DNA of 64,000 bases from Candidatus Acidiferrales bacterium (GCA_963741365.1 CAVUHY010000017.1:2444-66443), one strand, 5' to 3'. Shown: positions 40,474-50,906, numbered from the stretch's first letter. The notes: a model not told the origin generated them from the letters alone. Numbers and translations are program-made.

Positions 40474-41304
40474 CTATTTTTGAAAGGAAATCGTTCTTGG
40501 AAAAAAAAAGGTAGCCTTCGGAGCGTCACTAAGAGCACTCGTCACCACGCCGGTGACATGTCTTTGGTCAATAAGGGCGTTTCGAACTTCTCCGGCCGTT
40601 ATGATGAAACCTATTTCAGGCCCTTGGGTGCCTTTCACTTCTACATGTTCCTGAACTCCATCTTTCTCACACCGGAGGTCATAGCCAACTTTCTGAGCTT
40701 CGACTGAAAGTACCTGCCATCCCAGTCGTTCATAGTGTCGCTGCACAAATTCGACAGCAGCTTTTTCCACTTTCCGATTTGTTTCAACTGAACCAAACCC
40801 TCCGCCTTTATCTTGCTTTGAACCTGGCAATTCAGCAGAAAGTGCTGCTTCTAATGTCGCTGTATCCGTTGAAAGAGCACCAACTGGGCGCAAATGGAAG
40901 ACTATTGCTTGGCGCATCGCGCCGTCGGTGTCCGGTCCACTCTGAAATGAGTGTTTTACATACTTCATCTCTCCGACGTAGCGCAGGAAGCGTTTGTCCT
41001 TTTTATTCTGCTCAAACAGTTGCAAGGTTTTCTGATTTTGCCCATGGTCTCGAATGGCGCGATTTCCGGCTTGAAATTTCATATCTCCGTGCTGACCCTC
41101 ACCGGTATAAAGAAAAATACCGTCGTCCGACCATTCGTCGGAGTATCCATGCTGTTTGCCGGAATCACCGGTAATCAATATTACGACCCGTCCGGTGCTC
41201 GGTGTGCTTATCCCGCCTTGCGTCTGACCACCAAATTTCTTGTGAAGCTCACGCCTTAGTATGGTTTGGCCAGGGCTGAGTGTGAAGGGTTTTATCTCGC
41301 TCAT
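40474..41304 (-). CDS. SRA/YDG-like plus DUF3883 (PD-(D/E)XK) putative modification-dependent restriction nuclease
   Basis: N-terminal GGQTQGGIS..YSD..YTGEGQ.GDM..GN.AI (SRA-like); C-terminal EKAAVEFV..GYDL..HVEVKGT (DUF3883/NOV_C-like). The C-terminus may be shifted at an A9 run. Confidence 0.72.
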   Translation of the reverse strand: MSEIKPFTLSPGQTILRRELHKKFGGQTQGGISTPSTGRVVILITGDSGKQHGYSDEWSDDGIFLYTGEGQHGDMKFQAGNRAIRDHGQNQKTLQLFEQNKKDKRFLRYVGEMKYVKHSFQSGPDTDGAMRQAIVFHLRPVGALSTDTATLEAALSAELPGSKQDKGGGFGSVETNRKVEKAAVEFVQRHYERLGWQVLSVEAQKVGYDLRCEKDGVQEHVEVKGTQGPEIGFIITAGEVRNALIDQRHVTGVVTSALSDAPKATFFFPRTISFQK

Positions 41305-41384
41305 AGTCTCGAATCCTCGGATGCAGCCAGAAGGATGTTAATAAGGCTAAGTGAGCGAAGGATACAGCAAATATCGACGCTCCG

Positions 41385-41605
41385 ATGCTAGAATCGCGCC
41401 TCTCACGAATTGAGGTCGATACAATGCCCAGCGAGCCCCCTACGTCTGTCATCAGCCCCGAGCTATTTGCACAGGCAATTCGACTCGGTGACATCTTCAT
41501 GCCGCACGCCGCACGGCAAAGGAAGGAGTATTTCAACGATGAGCGCCGAGACATTCCAACGCGGATGGTTCACTACACAACCGCCGAGGCGGCGCTAAAC
41601 ATCAG
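41385..41605 (+). pseudogene. Truncated DUF2971-like N-terminus
   Basis: RMVHYTTAEAALNI motif, then an abrupt switch to a fragment of another gene at ~41608. Confidence 0.5.
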
Positions 41606-41705
41606 AGGTATGTGGAGGCACAGGACGTTTGGAGTCTGGACGGTTACCGCAGTAGGGCTAACTGAAGCGAGTAGCTGCTAAGAACTACAGATTCGGCGGC
41701 AAGCC

Positions 41706-41857
41706 TACGGTGGCAAACACGCCAGCAATTGCCTATGTCCTTGGTGCCCACCGTACGGAGGCGAGCACGCGTCGAACTGTTATTGCGATAAGTGCAGACG
41801 CTACGGAGGCACACATGCCTCAAACTGCGATTGTCCCGAGTGCGGAGCGTACGGCGA
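41706..41857 (+). repeat. 48-bp tandem coding repeat (YGGxHASNCxCxxCxx) x3
   Basis: Units start at 41706, 41754 and 41802, with a partial unit at 41850; they translate as YGGKHASNCLCPWCPP, YGGEHASNCYCDKCRR and YGGTHASNCDCPECGA. Confidence 0.85.
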
Positions 41858-42073
41858 TTATTCGGTGGGATTGATTATTGGGGGTTCAAGCTTTCCGATT
41901 TCGTTGCGGACGAACTCGTCAATCTGGGCGTCCGTGAGATGTTCGAGCCACACAAATTTCGTATGCCGAAATGCCGCTGCATAGTCTTTCGATGAGACTT
42001 GCCCTCTGTCGTAGAGGTTTTTGATATCGAGTCTTGCCCGTGCTTCGAGTCTTGCCTGTTTTTCATCGGACAT
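41858..42073 (-). CDS. Hypothetical protein (71 aa)
   Basis: ORF with AAAGGG upstream and protein-like composition; no family recognised. Confidence 0.45.
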   Translation of the reverse strand: MSDEKQARLEARARLDIKNLYDRGQVSSKDYAAAFRHTKFVWLEHLTDAQIDEFVRNEIGKLEPPIINPTE

Positions 42074-42144
42074 GAAGCCCTTTCAGTAGCGACTCTCGCC
42101 TACTACGACCTTACGCCTCTAACCGAAAATGAAGCAAGTAGTTC

Positions 42145-42438
42145 ATGGCCGACGACGTAGTGGGCCATGCTCGCATTTTTGTTGCATTAGTTCGTAATTC
42201 TCGCGTACCGTTTGCAACTGTGCTTGGTATCAATCCATCGGACTTATCGTGGTCGGGCTGGTTCCTCTGCGCTATCGGGGCAGGAACCATTGCGTTCATC
42301 GCATACAAGGTCGCATCGGAAGCATCGCAACGTAAGGGTGGAGGAGGGGGTTTCACTTCCTTAGTAGCGTGGCTGTTTACTTTCATCGCTGCCGTGTGTG
42401 CGTTTTTCGCAATCATCAACTTCGTCAAACAGTTGTAG
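42145..42438 (+). CDS. Small two-TM hypothetical protein (start uncertain)
   Basis: Two hydrophobic helices separated by a Gly-rich loop. Confidence 0.45.
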   Translation: MADDVVGHARIFVALVRNSRVPFATVLGINPSDLSWSGWFLCAIGAGTIAFIAYKVASEASQRKGGGGGFTSLVAWLFTFIAAVCAFFAIINFVKQL

Positions 42439-42935
42439 GGCGACACCGCCAAGGCGGAGTTTGCAAAGCTGAAATAATTTCGGTGTTGATACAGTGCTTA
42501 AGAATCCGACAAATTCTACTCGCACAACAGCCAAAGCCGTCAACGACGCGCTCCGCGCGCGCGGTCGCGATGAGAGTTTGCGCCGTGGCGGTCCCCACTA
42601 CTTTTAGTTTGGCGGTGGCGAGGCGGTACATTGGCTCTCTTCAAGCGTGATGGTGTCACGATTGTCGGACCTGACCGTGAAGCAGTGGATTCAGGAGTTT
42701 GATAAGTTATTGGCGAATGAGAAGAAACTGCGGAAACGCATGCGATAACCTTGGAAAGTCTTTGGACATGCTACACCGGAGCCTCGCGGGGAGTCTCAAT
42801 AAAGTTCATCTGGAGAAGTGGGTCCCAATACACATTCCGCTGAACCTCGCAGCTAAAGGAGTGGGCGCTATCTGGCGGTCATTCTGAGACATTTCATGCC
42901 CATGCTTCGTAACCATATGTAAAGGAGGAATTGCG

Positions 42936-43235
42936 ATGAAATCCTCTTTGACTTTGCTTGTGGTTGTCCTACTGTTGCTGAACATTCTGGCTGGATGTGC
43001 TCCGGGACCCAACCAGTCCAAAGGAACGGCGAGCGAACACGCCGCGGTCGCGGGCTTCTGGCTCGGGCTGTGGCAGGGCTTTATTGCACCGTTCGTGTTT
43101 GTGGCCTCGCTGTTCAAAAGCAACATCAGTATCTACGAGGTCCACAACAACGGAGCTTGGTACAACTTCGGCTACCTGTTCGGCCTAGCCTGCTTCTTCG
43201 GTGGCGGCGGCAACCGGGCGGCGCGTCGGAAGTAA
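42936..43235 (+). CDS. Putative lipoprotein / membrane protein
   Basis: AAGGAGG RBS, lipobox LAGC, and AGFWLGLWQG..IYEVHNNG.WYNFG motif. Confidence 0.75.
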   Translation: MKSSLTLLVVVLLLLNILAGCAPGPNQSKGTASEHAAVAGFWLGLWQGFIAPFVFVASLFKSNISIYEVHNNGAWYNFGYLFGLACFFGGGGNRAARRK

Positions 43236-43303
43236 ATTTCTTCCTTCCAGAACTCACTTTTCCTCTTGTTGACGCGTGCTGCACACGGCGCTACTCTCCG
43301 CCC

Positions 43304-45187
43304 ATTGCCGGCGGCCTGTACTGGCGCTCTCACAGGCATACAAAACTAACCAGTCAGGACACCATTGTGCTTGCCGACTTTACCAACACGACGGGCGACT
43401 CGGTGTTTGATGACACGCTAAAGCAGGCGTTATCGATTGGTTTGCGGCAATCGCCATTCCTGAGCATCCTCTCCGAGCAAAAATTGAAGGACGCGCTCTC
43501 TCGGATGGGGCTTCCTGCAAATGAGCGACTTACCGGCCAAGTTGCACGCGAGGTTTGCCTGCGCACACGAAGCACCGCGGTCCTAAAAGGGTCCATCTCA
43601 AATCTCGGAAGTGAGTACATCGTTGAAATTGAGGCCGTGAATTGCCGTACTGGGGATGCGTTGGCGCAAGAACAGGTTCAAGCGTCACGAAAGGAAGATG
43701 TGCTCAAGGCTCTGGGCGACGCAGTTAGTCAATTGCGGCCTAAGCTGGGAGAATCTCTCAGCACCGTTCAGAAATACGACCAGCCTCTTGTGGAGGCCTC
43801 TACCTCTTCCTTGGATGCTCTCAAGGCATTCAGTCTGGCGGTCAAAGCCAGCAATTCACAAGAAACGAGTGCTGCTGTGCAGTATTTGCAGCGTGCGGTT
43901 GAATTGGACCCGAACTTTGCCTTGGCTCACTCTTCTTTGGGAGGGCTCTACGGTTCTGACTTGCAGGAGCCGGGGCTGGCGGCGAAGCATCTTAGCAAGG
44001 CTTACGAGTTGCGTGACCGCGCCAGCGAAGTGGAGCGGTTTCAAATCGAAACGAATTACTACACTTTCGTGACAGGCGAGGTAGAGAAAGGCATCAAGAC
44101 GGCCCAGTCTTTTGCGCAGGCATACCCAAGGGACCCCGGCCCTCCCCTCAGTTTCGGTTATATGTCCGCATATCTCGGGCGGTATGAAGATGAGGTCAAG
44201 GGGTCTGTTGAAGCTATCCGACTGATGTCCGATGCAGGACATGCATACACGAATCTCATGGAAGCATACATCGCCCTGAACCGCATCGATGAGGCTAAGG
44301 CGGTGTATCGCCAAGCCGTCGAGCAAAAGATGGATTTTCAATTTCTCCAGAATGACATGTATGTAATCGCATTTCTTGAAGGTGACTCTGACGAGATGAG
44401 GCGACAGGCCGCTGCAACTGTAGGAAGACCGGGCGTAGAGGATGTCCTGCTATCCGCCCAGTCGGACACCGAAGCATTCCATGGGCGATTGGAGAAAGCG
44501 CGTGAGTTCTCCACGCGGGCGGTAGATTCGGCCATGAACGCTGAGCAAAAAGAAACTGCCGCACTTTGGCGATTGAATTCCGCACTGCGTGAGGCCGAAT
44601 TCGGAAACCGAGAACGAGCAAGACAGGAAATCCATCGAGGCGTGGAAATTGTTTTGACGCGAGATATCAAGACTCTTGCGGCTGTGGCTCTTGCCTGTAC
44701 TGGCGATGCGACTCAGGCGCGTGCGATTGCGGCTGACCTCCGTGGGCAATTTCCCTCGAACACGACGGTTAACCATTACTGGTTGCCAGTTGTGTACGCC
44801 TATGTCGAGCTACGGGCCAACCGTCCGGAACGGGCCGTCGAAATTCTGAAAGAAGCCACTCCTTATGAACTAGCTTTTCCACTCCCACAATTCAGCGCGG
44901 GCGGAACTCTTTACCCTCCGTACATTCGTGGTCAGGCATATCTCGCGCTGCACAAGGGCAAGGAAGGCGAAGCGGAATTTCAGAAGCTCATCGACCATCG
45001 CACCATCGTTGCCAATTTTCCTCTTGCTTCTCTCGCCCACCTTCAACTCGCTCGCGCCTACGCCATGCAAGGCGACACCGCCAAAGCCAAGGCAGCGTAT
45101 CAGGATTTCCTCACACTCTGGAAGGATGCCGACTTGGACATTCCCATCCTCATTGCAGCAAAAGCGGAGTACGCGAAGCTGCGATAA
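43304..45187 (+). pseudogene. 5'-truncated Ser/Thr kinase-TPR family gene (kinase domain and start missing)
   Basis: Starts in the TM tail (IAGGLYWRSH), then DTIVLADFTNTTGDSVFDDTL, TPR repeats (AVELDPNFALAH) and the family C-terminus YQDFLTLWKDADLDIPILIAAKAEYAKL. Confidence 0.85.
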
Positions 45188-45197
45188 CTTCTGTAAT

Positions 45198-45243
45198 GAG
45201 AATTGTGGCAAAGTTGTGGCAAGAATCCTGACTTCACTGCCAA
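45198..45243 (+). repeat. GAGAATTGTGGCAA(A/G)GTTGTGGCAAGAATCCTGACTTCA(C/G)TGCCAA, copy 1
   Basis: 46 bp, two mismatches relative to 54232-54277; internal tandem TTGTGGCAA. Confidence 0.9.
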
Positions 45244-45648
45244 TACTGACATCATGGCGTAGCGTCTGGTAAACGCGCTGCTCTAAGCGAACCTATTTTC
45301 ATGTTTGGTAGTGTGTCATTCAAGGTTAATTGATGGTCCTGTTACTTCTGACAGTTACCTCAGAACTGCTGCAGCCTGTATTCTTTCTACAATCTAAAAT
45401 GTGAGGACTCGGACGGAGACCCCCCTCCACCCCCAAACTTCTCTGGGTCCTCACGACCTTAGCTCGCAAAAAAGAATAGATGAGGCGTTTTGGGAGACAG
45501 CGGAGGGGCGAACTCAGTGGGAACTCCCTTCCGCAATTTCCTTCTGATAACACACAAGATTGAATCAGGCCGGATTGCAGTACGGCTTTCCCTTCTTTGC
45601 GTCTCACCCCCCAGCACAGTCAGTGACAACAGAGCCAAGGCTGCCGTT

Positions 45649-45770
45649 CAGAGTTTCCTCATGCTCTGAAAGATGCCGACCCTGATGTTCCCGTTCTGAT
45701 TGCTGCAAAGGCGGAATACGCGAAGCTGAAGTGATTTCGATGGGGAGAATTGTGATGAAAGTGTATCTCA
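45649..45770 (+). repeat. Orphan kinase-TPR 3'-end fragment plus GAGAATTGTG motif
   Basis: ..TTCCTCATGCTCTGAAAGATGCCGACCCTGATGTTCCCGTTCTGATTGCTGCAAAGGCGGAATACGCGAAGCTGAAGTGA (DADPDVPVLIAAKAEYAKLK*). Confidence 0.9.
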
Positions 45771-45846
45771 ACTCCTTCCATCCAATCTGGCGGAAGCCGA
45801 GTTGCATCTAAAAAGGGAAGGGCTGCGGGACAGTGTTTCACGTTGC

Positions 45847-46893
45847 CTAATTGCCGGTAGGTTGTGAATAGACGACTGAGTGTTCTACACAGATTCTCTC
45901 GAAGATGTGACTTTCATGTTCGCGCTGAGAGTCGTTCAGCACATACCCACACAGAATATCAACGTCGTATTTCTTGGCAATCTCATCCCAGAGATGTTCT
46001 AGCTGAATCGCTGCTTCAGCTCTACCTTGTGCCCACAAGAGGGGAGCACATTCACCACAAGCAGCAACACGGGGACGCCCCACCTTCGCCGCTTTAGCTG
46101 CTGTTGCGATTAGGTCGGACACGACTTTGAGGAATCGAACCGGGTCAGGCAGCCCATTTACCATGAATGTCGAGAGCGTTTCGGCAGCATCCAAAGGGAT
46201 ATAGCGCCCCTGTTCAATAGCGGTAGCTACCTTCACGCCATGAGCCTGCAATCGCTGAAGCAAACTCTTCAGGTGGGACTCGGTCGCAACAACGAGGACC
46301 GCACGCCCTGCCTCTAGGGCGGCTTCGATAAAACGCGTAAATCCAGCAAGAAAAGATGCATCATCAGAATTGAATTGAACCTCGTGGCGACGAGTGGTCT
46401 CCCCTTTCCCCGGTGCGAGGGACGTGAGAGCTTCCCGTTGGGATTGGCTGTAGGGAGATTGCACGACCCCTGCATCGGTGAAATTGTGACCCGACAATCC
46501 GCTGCTAACAAACTGCCTACCCCGACAAACCGCTTCCAGAGCAGTTAGTAGCTCAGTTCCAGCTTGAGTTTTTACAACGTAGCCCAGTGCCCCGAATCGG
46601 AGAGCTTCTTGCACCACATCGGCAGAGAATTCTTGAGTCAGAAAAAGTATTTTGGATTCGGGGGAGACCTTGCTGATGCGGCGAGCGGCGTCGAGTCCAT
46701 TCAATGTTGGAAGCCCGATGTCGAGAACAACTAAGTCCGGTTGCAGTTCTTCAGCTTTGCGAATCGCTTCTAAACCGTCAGATGCCTCGCCGATGACCTG
46801 GAATTCCGAGCTATCCGCCAACGTCGAACAGACGAATCGCCGAAATGGTTCGTAATCATCTACCACCAGAATCCGAATTAAAAATGTTCCCAA
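45847..46893 (-). CDS. Response regulator receiver plus MEDS sensory domain protein
   Basis: ILVVDD, PDLVVLDIGLP and GYVVK receiver; C-terminal HEVQF..GECAPLLW..AIQLEHLW..ILCGY (MEDS-like). Confidence 0.85.
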   Translation of the reverse strand: MGTFLIRILVVDDYEPFRRFVCSTLADSSEFQVIGEASDGLEAIRKAEELQPDLVVLDIGLPTLNGLDAARRISKVSPESKILFLTQEFSADVVQEALRFGALGYVVKTQAGTELLTALEAVCRGRQFVSSGLSGHNFTDAGVVQSPYSQSQREALTSLAPGKGETTRRHEVQFNSDDASFLAGFTRFIEAALEAGRAVLVVATESHLKSLLQRLQAHGVKVATAIEQGRYIPLDAAETLSTFMVNGLPDPVRFLKVVSDLIATAAKAAKVGRPRVAACGECAPLLWAQGRAEAAIQLEHLWDEIAKKYDVDILCGYVLNDSQREHESHIFERICVEHSVVYSQPTGN

Positions 46894-47593
46894 TTAGTTT
46901 CGCCTCTGAAAGTTCAAGACCCAAGTCGTTCGACTGAAGGAACAGAATGGCATGCGACACATGTTCAGGTCGTTGCGCAAGCGCAACTTCCGACTATTGG
47001 TGCTGCATATTGGCTGCAAGTCGGTGCAGCAACCGCAAGCGCATGCCGCTGTGTCCCAGTTTTTTCTAGCCTCCGAGTTCTGGTACGACAGGTGGCAATG
47101 TCGCGGAAAGAAATTACCTGAAATCGTGACGTTCGTTCTAATTCGAGGCAGCGCCCCAGAAAGCTCAACTGATTGATTTTGCTAGGCAAACTTCTCTATT
47201 AGCGTCGTGGAACCGGAAATGCACATAGACCTAATAGCATCCCAGCGGATGCTGATGAGACGTCGATTGATGGAGGCCACCGTGAAGTCCACAGTCCATA
47301 TCTGCAAAATAACGCCGGGCGGCCCTGTAACACATATGTGCACGATGAAGTGTCCACGCTGCGGAAACACAGCTTCCAAGGAGACGCCCGAAGAACGATT
47401 CAAGTGCGAACGTTGCGGTTGGAAATTGTGAGTCACTTCGGGACATGCTCTATCGCGTGAATGGCATTGAGAGTTTGGCAAATTACTGCGTAACCTTCCG
47501 CACCAGAGCCTCGACCTTTTTGAGGGTCCGCGAGGTTCTTAGTTAAATCGTTGAACGACTGGGCCAGAGCTGGGGGTAGAGTTAAGGATTGAA

Positions 47594-48067
47594 ATGCGTA
47601 AGCGCCAGATTTCGCCGACTCCACCGAGTGTCGCACCTTCTAGTCGAGTTTGGCTGGACGTGGACCAAGCGGCTTTCATAGAGGTCACGTCAGAAGAAAA
47701 CGGCTATCCGATTGAATCCGCGCTGTTAGGCGTGGAAGACAGGGGCTGGCGAGCGGCAAACTCTGGGAGTCAGACAATCCGGCTAATTTTCGACGAGCCG
47801 CAAAAGCTCAGGCATATCTGGCTGGTTTTTGAGGAGAGCGAGAATACGCGCACGCAAGAATTCGTCCTGCGATGGTCTCCTAACGGTGGACAATCTTTCC
47901 GAGAAGTCGTGCGCCAGCAGTGGAATTTCAGCTCACCCAGCTCAATACGAGAGACAGAGGACTACGCAGTCGAACTCTCCGACGTGACGGTACTTGAATT
48001 GATTATTGTGCCTGACCAGAGTGGCGGTGCAGCTCGCGCATCGCTGGCCACTCTCCGTTTAGCCTAG
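47594..48067 (+). CDS. Galactose-binding-like (carbohydrate-binding) domain protein
   Basis: EVTSE..PIESAL..GWRA..QTIRLIFD.PQ..RTQEFVLRWS..VRQQWNFS pattern. Confidence 0.65.
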   Translation: MRKRQISPTPPSVAPSSRVWLDVDQAAFIEVTSEENGYPIESALLGVEDRGWRAANSGSQTIRLIFDEPQKLRHIWLVFEESENTRTQEFVLRWSPNGGQSFREVVRQQWNFSSPSSIRETEDYAVELSDVTVLELIIVPDQSGGAARASLATLRLA

Positions 48068-48161
48068 TTCGAGCGCTGTCTTTCGTGTCCCTGAAGACTA
48101 GCATGGGAGTTCTTCTTTGAATCGTTGGTCCCACGTACCCATAGACTCGGAGGAAAGAAAC

Positions 48162-48386
48162 GTGGAATTTAATCGCGGAGATTATGTGAAATTGACAGAA
48201 GGCGCGGCACAAGAGGTTGGAGTTGTGTGGGAAGTTCATCCCGCAGATATCGCGTCAATTCAGGTGCACTGGTGGGATGGCGGCAACAGGTGGTCAAAGT
48301 ACTACGAGCCAAAGAATTTGACTCTCGTGCAGCCAACCGAAATTCCGGACTACGCTATCGAACTCAGGGGCAGCCTAGGGCTTTGA
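48162..48386 (+). CDS. Hypothetical small beta-rich (SH3/KOW-like) protein
   Basis: GGAGG RBS then GTG; FNRGDYVKL..GVVWEV..VHW pattern. Confidence 0.5.
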   Translation: MEFNRGDYVKLTEGAAQEVGVVWEVHPADIASIQVHWWDGGNRWSKYYEPKNLTLVQPTEIPDYAIELRGSLGL

Positions 48387-48550
48387 GCGCGACTGGCGTC
48401 GTCGTTAAGTTCCCGCAACCAGTACACGATTTCGGCGGACCGGTGGAGGGTCTCCCGGTTGCGGATGAGGTTCAAAGGTGGATTCAGGCGGAGAGGCTTT
48501 AGTATGCTGGCACTCGCAACGTACAAAGACCGGAGGCAAAGGGAGGCGGA

Positions 48551-48869
48551 GTGGGTAAGAAAGATGAACTCGTAACTGCCATCATCCATTGTTCGTCAAG
48601 GCTGGGTCGAAACGACTGGAGCGAGTGCCATTTTTGCGTCTGCCAACCTTGCTATGGGGCAGGGCGACATTCTGGGAATTCCGGTCACCCGGTGGGATAT
48701 TTCGGACGAGTACTTCATCGAGTTCACGTTTTATCCACGTGCATTGGAGAATGAACCCGTCAAGTCGATTAAGGTTTTGATTCCGAAAAAGGAAGTCGTC
48801 CTCATCGTAGAACTAAAGAAGCCCGAGGGCATGGGCACCTTAGGATACAAAGCGGAAAAAAGCGGATAG
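48551..48869 (+). CDS. Hypothetical protein, possibly frameshifted
   Basis: GGAGG-preceded GTG at 48551; ORF 48654..48869 looks like its C-terminal part. Confidence 0.35.
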
Positions 48870-48917
48870 TCTTACGCAAACGGCACGAAGCGAGGTACTC
48901 GTCGCATTTTTCTTCTT

Positions 48918-49274
48918 GTGGAGGCCGTCCTATTCCTGCACCTGCTTTGGTGCGCGTGGGTGTTGCTAGGCTGGGTAGTAACCCGCTGCCGCCCTTTTCT
49001 GCGGACGTTGCACATCGCCTCGCTTATCTACGCCATCATCATCGAGTTGGTTCCTCGACTGCCGTGTCCTCTCACCTTGGCTGAAACGTGGCTTGAGGCG
49101 CGCGCAAGCATCGAACCCGCACACGGGCCATTTCTGGTGCGTGTTCTCGATGCACTTGTCTGTCCCTACCTGCCGCAATGGCTCGTCGTCGGGGGTGCGG
49201 TGCTCGTATGCGTGGCGATACTGTCCGTTTATGTGCGGCGCTATACTCGGCGAAGTGCGAGCGGACAGTGGTGA
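48918..49274 (+). CDS. DUF2784-family membrane protein
   Basis: LHLLW..LH..CPLTLAE.WL motif. Confidence 0.75.
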   Translation: MEAVLFLHLLWCAWVLLGWVVTRCRPFLRTLHIASLIYAIIIELVPRLPCPLTLAETWLEARASIEPAHGPFLVRVLDALVCPYLPQWLVVGGAVLVCVAILSVYVRRYTRRSASGQW

Positions 49275-49443
49275 CGGCGGACCAAGAGAAGAGGTATATG
49301 CGAGCTAGGATTGAATCCCGCCGCCTTATCCTTCTCCCATTCGAGCCAACGGACATTGAGGCGGCAGACTTTTGAATTGGCTCGTTCGACGCTGGTGGGA
49401 CAGCGGGAGTTGTGACGGTAGTGTAGTCTTGAGTTTTTCTCGC

Positions 49444-49510
49444 ATTTCTATCAACACTGCCAAAGCGGAATACGCGAAGTTGAAGTAATTTCCATGGTGA
49501 GATTTGTCAT
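49444..49510 (+). repeat. Orphan kinase-TPR 3'-end fragment
   Basis: GCCAAAGCGGAATACGCGAAGTTGAAGTAA (AKAEYAKLK*) followed by TTTCCATGGTGAGATTTGTC. Confidence 0.85.
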
Positions 49511-49622
49511 TGCAGAACTGAGAACCCAGTTTGACACCCTCCCACTCTTGGTATTCAATTGACTGGCACATCGGCCAAACTACTTCCGACAAAATTGAAA
49601 ATCTCAAGAAATAAGGAGACGC

Positions 49623-50072
49623 ATGAAGAAAGCATTAATGTTGTGCTTAATCGGTTTGATTTCACTGGGGAGCGCCGCATGGACGCAAGCCCAGCAGACT
49701 GGTGGGACTGAACAAGCTGTTGCGGCACTTGAAGGGCAATGGCTTCAGTCACAAAAGACAAATAATCCCGACCTTGTTGCCCCACTGCTGGCTGAGAAAT
49801 TCGTGAGTACAGGGAGCGATGGAAAGGTCATGAACAAGACAGCGTCGCTCGCGAACGCGAAAGCGACCAAATATGTAAGTGCCGAGTACGAAGATGTGAA
49901 GGTAACTGTGTTTGGCGATACGGCCATAGCGACGGGCGGCTTCAAGGCTAAGGGTACCGATGCGTCGGGAAAGCCTATGGATGTTCATGAACGGTGGACC
50001 GATACGTGGGTAAAGATGCCGAACGGAAAGTGGCAATGCGTTGCTAGTCATGGCTCGCCAGTCAACATGTAG
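49623..50072 (+). CDS. Exported NTF2-like (DUF4440) protein
   Basis: AAGGAG RBS, signal peptide, and V.VFGDTAIATG..RWTDTWVK..GKWQCVASH motif. Confidence 0.85.
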   Translation: MKKALMLCLIGLISLGSAAWTQAQQTGGTEQAVAALEGQWLQSQKTNNPDLVAPLLAEKFVSTGSDGKVMNKTASLANAKATKYVSAEYEDVKVTVFGDTAIATGGFKAKGTDASGKPMDVHERWTDTWVKMPNGKWQCVASHGSPVNM

Positions 50073-50098
50073 GCAACCGCACAACGCTGAATCGAAAC

Positions 50099-50133
50099 GG
50101 CCGCCTTGCTCTGTGGCGGCCATTTCCTTTTGT
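50099..50133 (+). terminator. Rho-independent terminator (duplicated at 51389-51423)
   Basis: GGCCGCC-N9-GGCGGCC followed by ATTTCCTTTTGT, downstream of the DUF4440 gene. Confidence 0.75.
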
Positions 50134-50282
50134 GCACACGTTCGGTTCGATGAGCGTTCCAAACTTATTCTCATCGCTTCCAGAGCGGAGAACGCGAAGC
50201 CGTAGTGGAGTAATCCCATTGCAGGGGCTCCTTGCTGAAGGGATAGTTCCTGAGGGAATTGTCCGAACTAACCTCGTGCGTA

Positions 50283-50683
50283 TTACGAGATGGAATCGAA
50301 CTGCGAAACGTAGGACTTGCCCGCGAGCACCGCTTGTATCGCGGGCACCAAGTGGCGTTTCATGGAGAACTTTTGCACGTATCCCAACGCTCCCGCTTCC
50401 ATGCATGCCTCGACGAACTCTCTTTTCCGAATGTACCGTCAGGAAAACTAATTTTGCTGTGGAACCAGACTCCTGAAGTTTGTGCATAACGTCAATTCCG
50501 TTCAAAATCGGCATGCTGATATCAGTCACAATGACGTCAGGATGGAGGCTGCAGGGCTTCCGACACCAATGCTGCACCATCCGCTGCTGTCCCTACGACA
50601 TCAAAATAAGGAGCCAAGAGAGCAATCTCGGCTTCGAGCAGAGCTGGATGGTCATCGGCTAATAGGACGCGTGGGCGATTCAA
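50283..50683 (-). pseudogene. Single-domain response regulator with two frameshifts
   Basis: Reconstructed RPRVLLADDH / PDVIVTDISMPILNG / GALGYVQK across three frames; could also be sequencing error. Confidence 0.7.
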
Positions 50684-50906
50684 AGTTCACCTCCACCAGC
50701 ATGAAGGTGCACTCAGGCCAGTTGAAAAGCGGCAAAGCGTGCAGATTCACAACGCTTGGTTAAGGCTACCTGCGGAAATGAATGCCGCGCTACTAGGTAA
50801 ATCCCTAGTGGCAGCGACGCTGAATGAAAGACCTCTTCGGTTGCTTCTGTGGACGCCGTTTACGCGGGGCGGTTCGGGTTGAACGAGACCAGACCTTGCT
50901 TCAAGG

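Noticed and set aside
41706-41857. CRISPR array
   Set aside because: The repeats vary at synonymous positions and conserve a peptide, there are no unique spacers of proper length, and there are no cas genes.
45405-45436. Possible degenerate tmRNA/tRNA 3' fragment after the arm-like repeat
   Set aside because: No intact T-loop consensus; the similarity is too weak.
49539-49551. CTCCCACTCTTGG, a 12/13 match to the tRNA-Thr 3' end, 50 bp after a kinase tip (possible relic att)
   Set aside because: Too short to distinguish from chance without comparative data.
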